Below, piece after piece: positions 50,085 to 59,514 of a stretch of 64,000 nt of DNA. Made by a program: the position numbers and the translations under genes. A model generated the notes under the pieces. The model was given only the letters and a program-made list of their open reading frames with translations, did no database searches and had not been told where the DNA came from. Source of the DNA: a bacterium (lineage in GTDB: Bacteria; Hinthialibacterota; Hinthialibacteria; Hinthialibacterales; Hinthialibacteraceae). How positions within the stretch are numbered: the first letter of the stretch is position 1; each line of letters begins with the position of its first letter. Where the stretch lies: contig CAXXMV010000002.1 of the NCBI GenBank assembly GCA_963662285.2, positions 1,120,001-1,184,000 on the forward strand, given 5' to 3'.

Positions 50085-51422
50085 TTATTGCAATTGGATG
50101 CAGGCGTAGCGTAGGGAATTTGGTTTCGGGTCGTTGCCGAACATGTCCAGGTAATTGGATTTATCTGATCCGCCGCGCTCGGTTGCGGTGAAGAAGGTTG
50201 AGAACGCATTTTTTAAGGGGATAGCGACTTTCTCGCCTTGCTGCGGATGAATTTGTTGAATCCAGTTGGCGCCGCTTTCTGATGCTACTACATAGAGATT
50301 CCCGTTGGGGGTGGCGTGGAAGCGGGCGTATGATGGCGTTGGGGATTCTAAGCCCTCGCCGCCTTTGGACAGGGTGAAGCGGCGTTGGATTTTACCCTTA
50401 CGCAATTCAACGCATTCTAAAGATGTGGTCAATTTCATGTCTGGAAAGAATTTGTCGCGCATCATGGCGTTTTGCACGGTTCGTTTGGTATAAAGCAGGT
50501 AGACCGACTGGTCTTCTCCAAGCCAGAGATCAAGGTTTTGAATATGACCGGCAGTGGAGTCGACATTGTCTATTTCGATTGATTCACAGAATTCCTGCTG
50601 AGTAATATCCGGCGTCCAGGTATAAAACAGGCGGCGGAAAACATAATCCCAGGCGCGTCCGGTTTGCTCTTTTTTATAATTCCACCATTCCTGCACTGGT
50701 TCTACGATGTCGCCTACCGCCATTATATGGGCTGTTTTGTTGTTGATGGCTGATTGGGCGTAGCATCCCCGGACCGGGAAATGAATCCAGCCCTGTGCGT
50801 CCCATTCTCCTTCACTGTTGCGGTACATGAAGTATTGGTCTGGTTTGCCGGATATGGCGCTGAATAATAGGATTTCGCCAGTGTCTTTATTGGCCGCTAA
50901 GCCGCGGTATGAGTGTTCGGTGAACTCAAAGTCTTCGGGCCAGGGTGGGCGAATTGCGTCGGGGGGAGATTTGATTTTATTCAATTGGACGCTGAGCAGA
51001 ATATCTTCGCAGAACGAGGCTTTCTCGTCGGCCCGGTCGCTTCTGCGGCGGATTTCCGGATGAGATGAGATTATCAGTTGATCTTTGGAAATAGCGGCTA
51101 TGGGGCATGGTTCGCGTTGTTGATATTTGTTCTCTACCAGAACTTTGGCCCATCCTTGATCGGATCGTTCAAATAATTGCCAGCGGGTGTTGCAGTAGGG
51201 ACGGATATTTTCTCCTGTTTCCATGACGCTGATGAAAATATGTTCACCTGTGCGGACAACTAATGGGGCGCCGTAACACCAGAGCGGACCGGCGCCGTTG
51301 TCGGGTGAAAGGTATTGGGCGACCATTTCATCGCATAATACGACAGGCTCCACAGATTGAGCGATAGCAGGAGTAAGAACAATTAAACAAGCGAAAAAAC
51401 TGATGATTTTAAAATAATTCAT
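50085..51422 (-). CDS. Secreted hypothetical protein (beta-propeller/BNR-like)
   Basis: Signal peptide; DNGAGPLWCYG, REPCP, WDYVFRRLFYTW; beta-rich. Confidence 0.65.
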   Translation of the reverse strand: MNYFKIISFFACLIVLTPAIAQSVEPVVLCDEMVAQYLSPDNGAGPLWCYGAPLVVRTGEHIFISVMETGENIRPYCNTRWQLFERSDQGWAKVLVENKYQQREPCPIAAISKDQLIISSHPEIRRRSDRADEKASFCEDILLSVQLNKIKSPPDAIRPPWPEDFEFTEHSYRGLAANKDTGEILLFSAISGKPDQYFMYRNSEGEWDAQGWIHFPVRGCYAQSAINNKTAHIMAVGDIVEPVQEWWNYKKEQTGRAWDYVFRRLFYTWTPDITQQEFCESIEIDNVDSTAGHIQNLDLWLGEDQSVYLLYTKRTVQNAMMRDKFFPDMKLTTSLECVELRKGKIQRRFTLSKGGEGLESPTPSYARFHATPNGNLYVVASESGANWIQQIHPQQGEKVAIPLKNAFSTFFTATERGGSDKSNYLDMFGNDPKPNSLRYACIQLQ

Positions 51423-51497
51423 GGTCTATCCTTTTCTTAATCCAGTCGGGATAGACCATGCAAACATATTTCGTGATAAAAGTGAATGGATATTATG

Positions 51498-52496
51498 CTA
51501 ATTCATGCTATCTTTCATTTTGAAAAGCACCTTGCCGTCGCGTCCGCCTTGTGAAGCGTGTTCAATGGCGTCCTGGGCTTCGTTTAATCTGTAGGTCGCC
51601 GCAATGGGCATTTTGAGGTTTCCTGATAACGCCATAGATGTGATAGCGTCGAACATTTCCTTGTTTTGTTCATAGGTTGCAGTTTGACTCCATGCTTTAA
51701 GCCAGAATCCTGCAAAGTTGATATTCTTGAAGATGAGCATACCGTTAGGAATTTTCAGTGGCCTTAATCCCATAGCGCCTACGGTGACGATGGTGCTGTT
51801 GGGCGAGATAGCCTTGGCCATTTCGATGACGCTTAATCCACCGACGGCGTTGATGCCCAGGTGCATTTCTGCGTTGTCGGTTTTTTCGATGATGTCATCG
51901 GCTCTGACTAATTCCTTGGCGATAACAACAGTTGCGCCAAGGTCTTGCAGTGGTTGGATCAGTTCCTCGCGCCGAACCAGATTGCAGGTTTTCAGTCCAA
52001 GATTTTTGGCGATCTGAATGACGCAACGTCCCAGGGCTGAGTTGGCGGCGTTTTGCATGATCCAATCGCCCGGCTTCAGTTTGACGAAATCATGCAGCAG
52101 ACGCCATGCGGTGGTTGGATTAACGGAAAGCAAAGCCGCCGTTTCGGTCGGGATGTCTTGAGACACGGGGATGACATCCCGGCTGTTCTGAATCTGCGCT
52201 TCACACCAGGATGCTGAGTTGTGACCGGGGATCACTCGTTGTCCGACTTTGATGCCTTCTACTTCTGATCCGATTTGTATGATTCTGCCAATGCCCTAGT
52301 TTCCCGGAATCAGGGGGAAACTGACGGGTATGGGGTATTTGCCTTCGATTAAATTAATATCCGCAGGATTGATTGGTGAAGCCTCCATCTCAATCAATAC
52401 GTCTTGTGGACGTAAATTGGGGATATTCAGCCCTTCAAGATGAAGTACATCTTGGGGCGCGCCATGTTGATGAATACAAAGTCCATTGAAATCCAT
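51498..52496 (-). pseudogene. MDR-family NADPH oxidoreductase (2-enoyl thioester reductase-like) split by an in-frame amber codon
   Basis: ORFs 52296..52496 and 51498..52235 are in the same frame. PGN*GIG replaces the conserved PGNEG.G. Motifs ASPINPAD, VNPTTAW and QNAANSALG are intact. Confidence 0.85.
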
Positions 52497-52756
52497 GTTT
52501 TACCTCTTTATTAGTTCATTTCTCTACGAAAGGGAAATTGATTCGCATGATCTGTTGGGAGATAGATACTAGCTGGAAAAAGGATTATATCTATTAGACG
52601 TATAAACGGAATGGTTTCATTCAAGGATAATGAAAATCAAATATTTATAACATGATTGGATGTCTTGAATAGGTAAAAATTTCACTAGAACTATTGATGT
52701 AAGGCGTTTACCAATGAATATAAATATGGTGTACTGTGTAGGGTAAATTACTAATA

Positions 52757-54127
52757 ATGGAGATGTTGGATACTATGAAAAATAAATTATATTTAATTGG
52801 CTGCGCTCTGGTCGCCGCCTTGGGCGGCTTGCTGTTTGGGTTTGATACGGCGGTAATCTCTGGAACCAAGACAGCGCTGGAGGGCGTGTATCAACTGGGC
52901 AGTTTTGCGCTGGGTTTCACTGTCGCCAGCGCGTTAATTGGAACAATAATCGGTTCCATCGTGGTTGGATGGCCAGCTGACTGGTATGGAAGACGTAATG
53001 TATTGATGGTGATTGGCGTTCTCTATTTCGTCTCGGCGGTGGGAAGCGCTATGGCTTGGGATTGGTACTCATTTCTATTTTTCCGTTTTATCGGAGGAAT
53101 CGGGGTGGGCGGCGCTTCGGTGGTCTCTCCGATGTATATTGCTGAGATTTCACCCGCTAAATACCGTGGGCGGTTGGTGGCGATTACTCAGTTTAATATA
53201 GTGCTGGGCATCCTGTTGGCCTTCTTCTCTAATTACATTATCGCTCAATTCCAACTGGGCGCTATTGAGTGGCGCTGGATGTTCGGGGTTGAGGCGTTTC
53301 CGGCGGTCATGTTTTTATGCTTGCTGTTTCTAACCCCTTACAGTCCGCGCTGGCTGGCCGCAAAAGGCCGGGTGGAAGAAGCGCGGAGCGTACTGACTAA
53401 ACTGAGCGCTGGTGCTGCGGGCGTTGATGAAGAACTTAAGGAAATACAAGATTCCATTGATTTGGCGCATCATAGTATGGCGGAACCATTCTTCTGCAAG
53501 GCGTACTTAAAACCCATTATGCTGGCTGTGGCCATCGCCGCTTTCAATCAACTGTCAGGCATCAACGCGCTGATGTATTACGCGCCGCATATTTTTGAGA
53601 TGGTGGGCGCTGATAAGAATAATGCGTTGCTGCAAACTGTTGCAGTGGGCGGCGCCAATCTGCTGTTTACCATGTTGGCTCTGTTGGTTATTGACCATTT
53701 TGGCCGCAAGAAACTTATGCTGGTCGGCTCGATTGGTTATATCATCAGCCTCAGCACGACCGCCTGGGCTTTCTACCACTATGGGACGGAATTTACCACT
53801 ACCGGCGGCGTGGTGGTGTTGGCCAGCCTCTTGGTTTTCATCGCTTCTCATGCCTTTGGACAAGGGGCGGTTATTTGGGTGTTTATCAGCGAGATTTTCC
53901 CCAACCGGGTTCGCGCCCGTGGTCAGGCGTTGGGCAGTTTCACCCATTGGTTTATGGCGGCGGGGATTTCGTGGACTTTCCCCATGTTCGCTGAACGATC
54001 CGGCGGGCATACCTTCGCCTTTTATGCTGTGATGATGGTTCTCCAACTGTTATGGGTGTTGATGATTATGCCGGAAACCAAGGGTATATCGTTGGAAAAG
54101 ATACAGAAGAAATTGGGGATTCAGTAA
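52757..54127 (+). CDS. Sugar porter family MFS transporter (XylE-like)
   Basis: GGLLFGFDTAVISG, YGRR, PMYIAEISP..RG, SPRWL, QLSGIN, SEIFP, PETKG. Confidence 0.95.
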   Translation: MEMLDTMKNKLYLIGCALVAALGGLLFGFDTAVISGTKTALEGVYQLGSFALGFTVASALIGTIIGSIVVGWPADWYGRRNVLMVIGVLYFVSAVGSAMAWDWYSFLFFRFIGGIGVGGASVVSPMYIAEISPAKYRGRLVAITQFNIVLGILLAFFSNYIIAQFQLGAIEWRWMFGVEAFPAVMFLCLLFLTPYSPRWLAAKGRVEEARSVLTKLSAGAAGVDEELKEIQDSIDLAHHSMAEPFFCKAYLKPIMLAVAIAAFNQLSGINALMYYAPHIFEMVGADKNNALLQTVAVGGANLLFTMLALLVIDHFGRKKLMLVGSIGYIISLSTTAWAFYHYGTEFTTTGGVVVLASLLVFIASHAFGQGAVIWVFISEIFPNRVRARGQALGSFTHWFMAAGISWTFPMFAERSGGHTFAFYAVMMVLQLLWVLMIMPETKGISLEKIQKKLGIQ

Positions 54128-54141
54128 AGGCGGGATTTAGC

Positions 54142-55242
54142 ATGAAATCGTTTGTATCCTCTATTGTGGTTATGCTGATAGCGTGCGGCGGCGTATATGG
54201 CGATCAAGGAATTCCTGATGAGATTGCTTCATTGTTCAATCCTCCGGTGGAATTGCGGGATGATTTCGGCGGTTATAAATCACCCTTAATTTTTAATGAC
54301 GGGCGTCCTGTAACAAACGCGGTTGAATGGCGGGAACGGCGTCAGGAGATATTGGCGTCATGGCATGGCATGATGGGTGCATGGCCGCCCCTGATAGAAA
54401 AGCCTGATATTCAATATCTGGATAAAAAGTCAATTGATAATTTTACCCGTCAGAAAGTGAAAGTTGAAATCGCTCCTGATAAACGCACGATTGACGGCTA
54501 TCTGATGATTCCCCAGGGAAAAGGACCATTCGCCGCCGTCATCGTGGTCTATTATGAACCTGAAACCGGCGCTGGTATGGGTAAGGAGTTACGCGACTTC
54601 GGTTATCAACTGGCTAAACGGGGCATCGCTGCATTGTCGATTGGGATGCAAGCGTCACTCTACTACCCAAGTAAAAGCAACGCCGAGTTGCAGCCGCTTT
54701 CGGCGTTGGCCTATGCGGCGGCCAATAGTTATAACGCACTGGCCGCGCTGCCAGAGATTGACGCTGAACGCATTGGCATTACTGGTCATTCCTATGGCGG
54801 CAAATGGGCTATGTTCGCCTCATGCCTTTATGAGAAATTCGCCTGCGCCGCATGGTCTGATGGCGGCGTGGTGTTTGATGAAACCCGCCCCAATGTGAAT
54901 TATTGGGAACCCTGGTATCTGGGTTATGAATCAGGCGTGACGCGCGAGCCGGGAGTTCCGTCGGATGAGAATCCCCGCACCGGGGCCTACAAACAAATGA
55001 TTGCGGAAGGATATGACCTGCACCAACTCCATGCGCTGATGGCGCCCCGGCCTTTTCTGGTTTCCGGCGGCGCTGAAGATCAACCCAAGCGATGGAAACC
55101 GCTTAATCATGCCATTACGGTTAATGAATTGTTGGGTTGCAAGAACCGGGTGGCCATGAGCAACCGCAAGGGGCACTCGCCTACTCCTGAATCTAATGAG
55201 CAACTTTATTTGTTTTTTGAATATTTTTTGGGGGAACGTTGA
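54142..55242 (+). CDS. Secreted alpha/beta hydrolase (carbohydrate esterase-like)
   Basis: GHSYGGK nucleophile elbow, LMAPRPFL, C-terminal GH. Signal peptide from ATG 54142. Confidence 0.85.
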   Translation: MKSFVSSIVVMLIACGGVYGDQGIPDEIASLFNPPVELRDDFGGYKSPLIFNDGRPVTNAVEWRERRQEILASWHGMMGAWPPLIEKPDIQYLDKKSIDNFTRQKVKVEIAPDKRTIDGYLMIPQGKGPFAAVIVVYYEPETGAGMGKELRDFGYQLAKRGIAALSIGMQASLYYPSKSNAELQPLSALAYAAANSYNALAALPEIDAERIGITGHSYGGKWAMFASCLYEKFACAAWSDGGVVFDETRPNVNYWEPWYLGYESGVTREPGVPSDENPRTGAYKQMIAEGYDLHQLHALMAPRPFLVSGGAEDQPKRWKPLNHAITVNELLGCKNRVAMSNRKGHSPTPESNEQLYLFFEYFLGER

Positions 55243-55270
55243 TGTTGATGGCGCTACGTAAGTTATTCTT

Positions 55271-55304
55271 GGTGGGCTACGCTTTCGCTTTTAGCCCACC
55301 CTAC
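55271..55304. repeat. GTAG-type REP
   Basis: GGTGGGCTACGCTTTCGCTTTTAGCCCACCCTAC. Confidence 0.8.
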
Positions 55305-55449
55305 GCGTAGGCGCGTTTAATCATGGGTAGCGAAGTATGGGACAAAGCAATTGAAAACTCTCTCAATTCCAACCCACCCTGGCAGCGTGTCCCATCAAAA
55401 CCACTGAAAATCCTGGATATCCAGATTCAGACAAAAACCACCCTCATAA

Positions 55450-57897
55450 TCACTCAAGCGTGTACCACACAACTTCCCCATGCGCCTGGGAGATTTCGTC
55501 TTCGTATGATCCATAGAAATCTGAATTGCTGTCGAGCCATAGGGTGATGCGGTGCATATCTTCCTGCGACAGATCCACTCCATGATGACCCTTGCTTAAC
55601 ATCTGGTATAGTTTTGAAGCGCGGGCGCCGAACTGCCCCGGCGTGGTGCGTGATGTCGGGGTCCAAAGGTCGTATCCCTCTTGCACGGGCATACCGTAAT
55701 GGAAGGCATGACCCATAAGGTTGCGGTAAGAGGTATACCAATGAAACTTATCCCGGGTGAAATCGCCTTTCCGTAAGTCGGGCGCTTTATCCTGATTTTG
55801 CTGGTGGCAGGAGACGCAGTTTTTGTCTAACACCGGTTGCACCAATCGGGGGAAATTGAACGGATTGGTTCCATCAACTTCTGGCGTGATTTCTGATGGC
55901 GCCCGTTGGAACGCCAATGGTTTAATGCTGCTGGGCCGGGCGGATTGATGACGTCTCTCGTGGCAGCCCAGGCAGGTCAGGGTTTCTCCCGGTTGGACGT
56001 AGGTCTCGCTTCTCATGGATTGAACGGCCAATCCGTTTTGGTCGATGGCTTGGAAGAAGACTGGTTTGCTGGCGGGGATATTAAAATAAGCGCTGCCGTC
56101 TTTTTCCACCGGAACTGCGCCCAAGATGGCGCGGGCCAGAGTTTCGCAGCCGTAACCGATCTGAGGATCGTGATGCACGGGAGTGGTTTTAAGGACGATC
56201 TGGTATATGCGCAAGGCTGCGATTTTAGTATTTTTAGGGAAAGGCCGCAGCGAGTTATAGACGTCCATCACGCCAACCTTGGCGTCTTTGCTTTTGTTCT
56301 GTAAATCAGGGCGGTTCGGGGGGAGGCCGATGGCGCTGATATGAGGTACGACGGGCGGCTGCTCCCGCGGCTGTAGGGGTATTGGATTAAGACAGGAGAT
56401 TGCCGGATCATGGTAGATCAATTCCTGGTTGCCGAAGACGTCGATAAGGTAGACGCCGTATTTCCCCTTGCGCTGGTCAGGGCTATAGACGCAGAGATAA
56501 AAATCTTCGCTTAAAGGAAAGGCGGTTGCGTAGTAGTGATGATCTCTCGATCCAACTTCGCACTCGCTGAATCGCGCATAGGGTGTGATGCGCTTCAGTT
56601 GGGACATGGCGCCGTTATCTTCGATCTGTGGATTGATCCTGATCAGCGAACCAAAGGCCTGTCCGTGATGGGAGACCGCAGTAGCTGCCAGCTGGTTAGA
56701 TTGGGGAATAGCGCTCAGGTCGAGTTCCATGTGGGGGCGGATGTCACGTTCATGACCCGGAGTGGGTTTCCATTGAATTGGGAAATTGCCATGCAAGGCG
56801 CGTGGGTCGCGCCCGTCGGGCGTCATAATCCAGGGATGATGGGCTTGGTTATCGCCTCTGTCGATGTAATCCCAGCGGGTATAGATGATCATGCCGTTGT
56901 TATCGATGCTTGGATGCCACTCGTGCAGTTCGTGCGGGCTGATGCAAACTATGTCTGAGCCGTCCTGATTCATGGTATGCAAAGTGTAGTTGGGGCATGG
57001 CCTTGCTCCACTGCAACGCAGATAGCCTCCCCGGCGTTCTGAGGTAAAGACAATCCGGCCATTGGGCATCCAGCAGGGATCGAAATCGTTCCAGGCGCCA
57101 TCGGTTAATTGGGTGAGACTCGTCCCATCCACGTTGACTTTGAAGATATGGAAGGTGCTTTCCTTCGTCCATTGTCCCTGAGATGAATCGGCTTCGGTGA
57201 ATGCGAAGAGGATTTGTTTCCCATCATAAGACAGAGAAGGGGATAGGAAGCCGCCATTCTCCAACCTTCGTCCCTTAAAGCGTCCGTTGGAGCAGACTGA
57301 ATGCTCTAAGACATTTTTTACAATCGGTGAATCAGAGAAGGGATTCTCTAATATATATAGTCCACCCGTCTTATGGGCGTTGAAGCCATAGAACTGATCG
57401 CACATGTGTTCGTCGCCATTAGCGGGATCGCGTTTGATGAATAGGATTTTATCCATAGTCAACAGTGGATTCCTGAAAGTAATCCGGCGTCGTAGTTGGA
57501 TTGCTTCAATGAATAACCGGCGCCGTTCTTGATGATCATTAAGCGCTATAGAACGGCTCTTCTCTTGTAAAAATTCAAGGGATTGTTTTTCGCGACTTAG
57601 ATCAACCTCTCCCTCCAAGCGGCTAAGTAAAGCTCCCATGCGTCGGATTACAACATCTACCGGATCGCGGTCGGTGGGGAAGATCATGGCATTGTGGTCG
57701 GCGGCCTGCTCTAAGAGCATTTGATGTTGGAGCATATAGGCATCATTTTGAGGATCGAATTTATCAATTTTATCTTGAATTTGTTGATATTCTTTTTGGG
57801 GCGTATGATCTGCTAATGAGGCGAGTGGAATCAGGCATAACGAACAATATGTAACTAATATAGGGATTTGAAAGAGAATAGAGCGTTTTAAGATCAT
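55450..57897 (-). CDS. Secreted protein with TolB-like propeller, hydrazine-synthase-alpha middle-like domain and two c-type heme motifs
   Basis: WNDFDPCW.PNGRIVF.SER, YTRWDY, VPVEKDGSAYF..P...PVFFQA.D..G.AVQSMRS, CLGCH and CVSCH. Confidence 0.82.
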   Translation of the reverse strand: MILKRSILFQIPILVTYCSLCLIPLASLADHTPQKEYQQIQDKIDKFDPQNDAYMLQHQMLLEQAADHNAMIFPTDRDPVDVVIRRMGALLSRLEGEVDLSREKQSLEFLQEKSRSIALNDHQERRRLFIEAIQLRRRITFRNPLLTMDKILFIKRDPANGDEHMCDQFYGFNAHKTGGLYILENPFSDSPIVKNVLEHSVCSNGRFKGRRLENGGFLSPSLSYDGKQILFAFTEADSSQGQWTKESTFHIFKVNVDGTSLTQLTDGAWNDFDPCWMPNGRIVFTSERRGGYLRCSGARPCPNYTLHTMNQDGSDIVCISPHELHEWHPSIDNNGMIIYTRWDYIDRGDNQAHHPWIMTPDGRDPRALHGNFPIQWKPTPGHERDIRPHMELDLSAIPQSNQLAATAVSHHGQAFGSLIRINPQIEDNGAMSQLKRITPYARFSECEVGSRDHHYYATAFPLSEDFYLCVYSPDQRKGKYGVYLIDVFGNQELIYHDPAISCLNPIPLQPREQPPVVPHISAIGLPPNRPDLQNKSKDAKVGVMDVYNSLRPFPKNTKIAALRIYQIVLKTTPVHHDPQIGYGCETLARAILGAVPVEKDGSAYFNIPASKPVFFQAIDQNGLAVQSMRSETYVQPGETLTCLGCHERRHQSARPSSIKPLAFQRAPSEITPEVDGTNPFNFPRLVQPVLDKNCVSCHQQNQDKAPDLRKGDFTRDKFHWYTSYRNLMGHAFHYGMPVQEGYDLWTPTSRTTPGQFGARASKLYQMLSKGHHGVDLSQEDMHRITLWLDSNSDFYGSYEDEISQAHGEVVWYTLE

Positions 57898-58042
57898 GGG
57901 CTTAACCTTAATCGTGTATTTTTAATAATAACTTATCAGTGTGTTTTAGATAATATACTCTTTATCTTTACGAATAAATATAGGAAGATAGATCAATGAA
58001 CTGTAAGATTTTTTATTTATTATGTTTTCGGGAGAATTAGCG

Positions 58043-58435
58043 ATGGAAGTTTTTGAGCAGCAGCTTGCAAAAATTCTGATCTTGCGGCCTATTGACCGCC
58101 TTGATTCGACTTCTCTGCAAAAATTTTCTGATCATGCCAAGATGAAAATCCAAAATGGCGTCCGCGCTTTGATCTTGGATTTGTCTGAATTGAATTATAT
58201 GAGCAGCGCCGGAATACGGATACTGACCATGATCGATTCGACCATCCAATCATTCAAAGGAAATCTATTGATTTGCGGCTTGAATCCACAAGTCAAAGAA
58301 CTCTTTGAACTCGCCTGTCTTGATCAAGTCTACAAAATATTTCCTGATAAAAAGGTTGCATTAAAGGCCTTGTTAGGGGGGAAAGATATTTCGGCGGTTC
58401 AAGAACAAATTCCAGAAAAACAGATTACTTTATGA
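58043..58435 (+). CDS. STAS-domain anti-sigma factor antagonist
   Basis: RLD...LILDLSELNYMSSAGIR...VKELFEL. Confidence 0.9.
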   Translation: MEVFEQQLAKILILRPIDRLDSTSLQKFSDHAKMKIQNGVRALILDLSELNYMSSAGIRILTMIDSTIQSFKGNLLICGLNPQVKELFELACLDQVYKIFPDKKVALKALLGGKDISAVQEQIPEKQITL

Positions 58436-58451
58436 ATTTATTTGAAATGCT

Positions 58452-59495
58452 ATGGAGTATGCAATGACGGGTCGGGAAAGAGTTTTGGCGGCGATTGAAC
58501 ATCAGGAAACTGATAGAGTTCCTCTGGACTTCTGGGCGGAGGAGCTGGTCTGGACGCGGCTGTTGAAGGATTTAGCTTTGCCTTCTAGAAGAGCGCTGCT
58601 GGAATACTTTAAGATCGACCTGCGCTGGATGGATCATAAATACATCGGGCCGGATTTCTCTGGCAATGATAAAAACTATATCGAAAACATGTGGGGTGAG
58701 CGTTTTTCTCTTGTAGAGGGCAGGGAAAAAATCGCCTGCGGGGGAGCGCTGGATAAGGCGCAAACCTTTGATCAAATTGAAAGCCACCATTGGCCTTCAA
58801 ACGATTGGGTGAGCCTGGATCACCTGAAAGAGCATATTCAACGGGATGAAGAATACGCCATTCTTTATGGTTATGCGGATATCTGGCAACGCGCCGCCAT
58901 GGTTCGCGGTCTGGATAACATGTTTTTTGATATGATCGAGCATCCCGACTGGGTGCATTTTATGACCGGAAAACTGGCCGGTTTTTACCGGGAAGATTGG
59001 ACGCGGGCCATGGAAGCCAGCCAGAGTCGGATCGATATCTTTCTCTTGATCAGCGACCTTGGTTCTCAGAAGGCGCCTATGATGAACATCAATATGTTCC
59101 GGCAATTTATTAAACCGCGTATTGTGGAAATGGCGGAATTGGCGCATTCTTTCGGGAAGAAACTGATGTTTCATTCATGCGGCGCAATTCGTTTGTTCAT
59201 TGATGATTTGATCGGCGCCGGCGTTGATATTCTTAATCCCATCCAGCCATTTTGCCAAGCAATGGCGCCCGCTGAACTCAAATATGATTACGGGGATAGA
59301 CTCTGTTTTCATGGAGGCGTAGACGTCCAAACGGTGTTGCCTAAAGGTACGCCGCAGGAAGTACGCAGGTCTACGCGGCGCCTGATAGATGATATGAAAC
59401 CGGATGGCGGGTTTATTTTATGCCCCAGTCATACGTTGCTGCCGGATGTTCCAACCGATAATATTGCGGCGATGTATGGTGAGGCGCTCAGATAA
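58452..59495 (+). CDS. Uroporphyrinogen decarboxylase-family protein (MtaA/CmuA-like)
   Basis: MTGRERVLAAI.HQETDRVP, DLGSQ, FHSCG, LNPIQ, GGVDVQ, GGFILCPSH. Confidence 0.88.
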   Translation: MEYAMTGRERVLAAIEHQETDRVPLDFWAEELVWTRLLKDLALPSRRALLEYFKIDLRWMDHKYIGPDFSGNDKNYIENMWGERFSLVEGREKIACGGALDKAQTFDQIESHHWPSNDWVSLDHLKEHIQRDEEYAILYGYADIWQRAAMVRGLDNMFFDMIEHPDWVHFMTGKLAGFYREDWTRAMEASQSRIDIFLLISDLGSQKAPMMNINMFRQFIKPRIVEMAELAHSFGKKLMFHSCGAIRLFIDDLIGAGVDILNPIQPFCQAMAPAELKYDYGDRLCFHGGVDVQTVLPKGTPQEVRRSTRRLIDDMKPDGGFILCPSHTLLPDVPTDNIAAMYGEALR

Positions 59496-59514
59496 ATTAT
59501 TGATGTTTCCCGCT

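Noticed and set aside
52296-52298. Pyrrolysine or amber recoding
   Set aside because: Other genes here (for example 21859, 22730, 47985) use TAG as a normal stop, no pyl genes are visible, and a single-base change from GAG explains the codon.
55450-57897. Evidence for anammox hydrazine synthase
   Set aside because: There is no hzsB/hzsC cluster, and the architecture matches the widespread non-anammox homologs.
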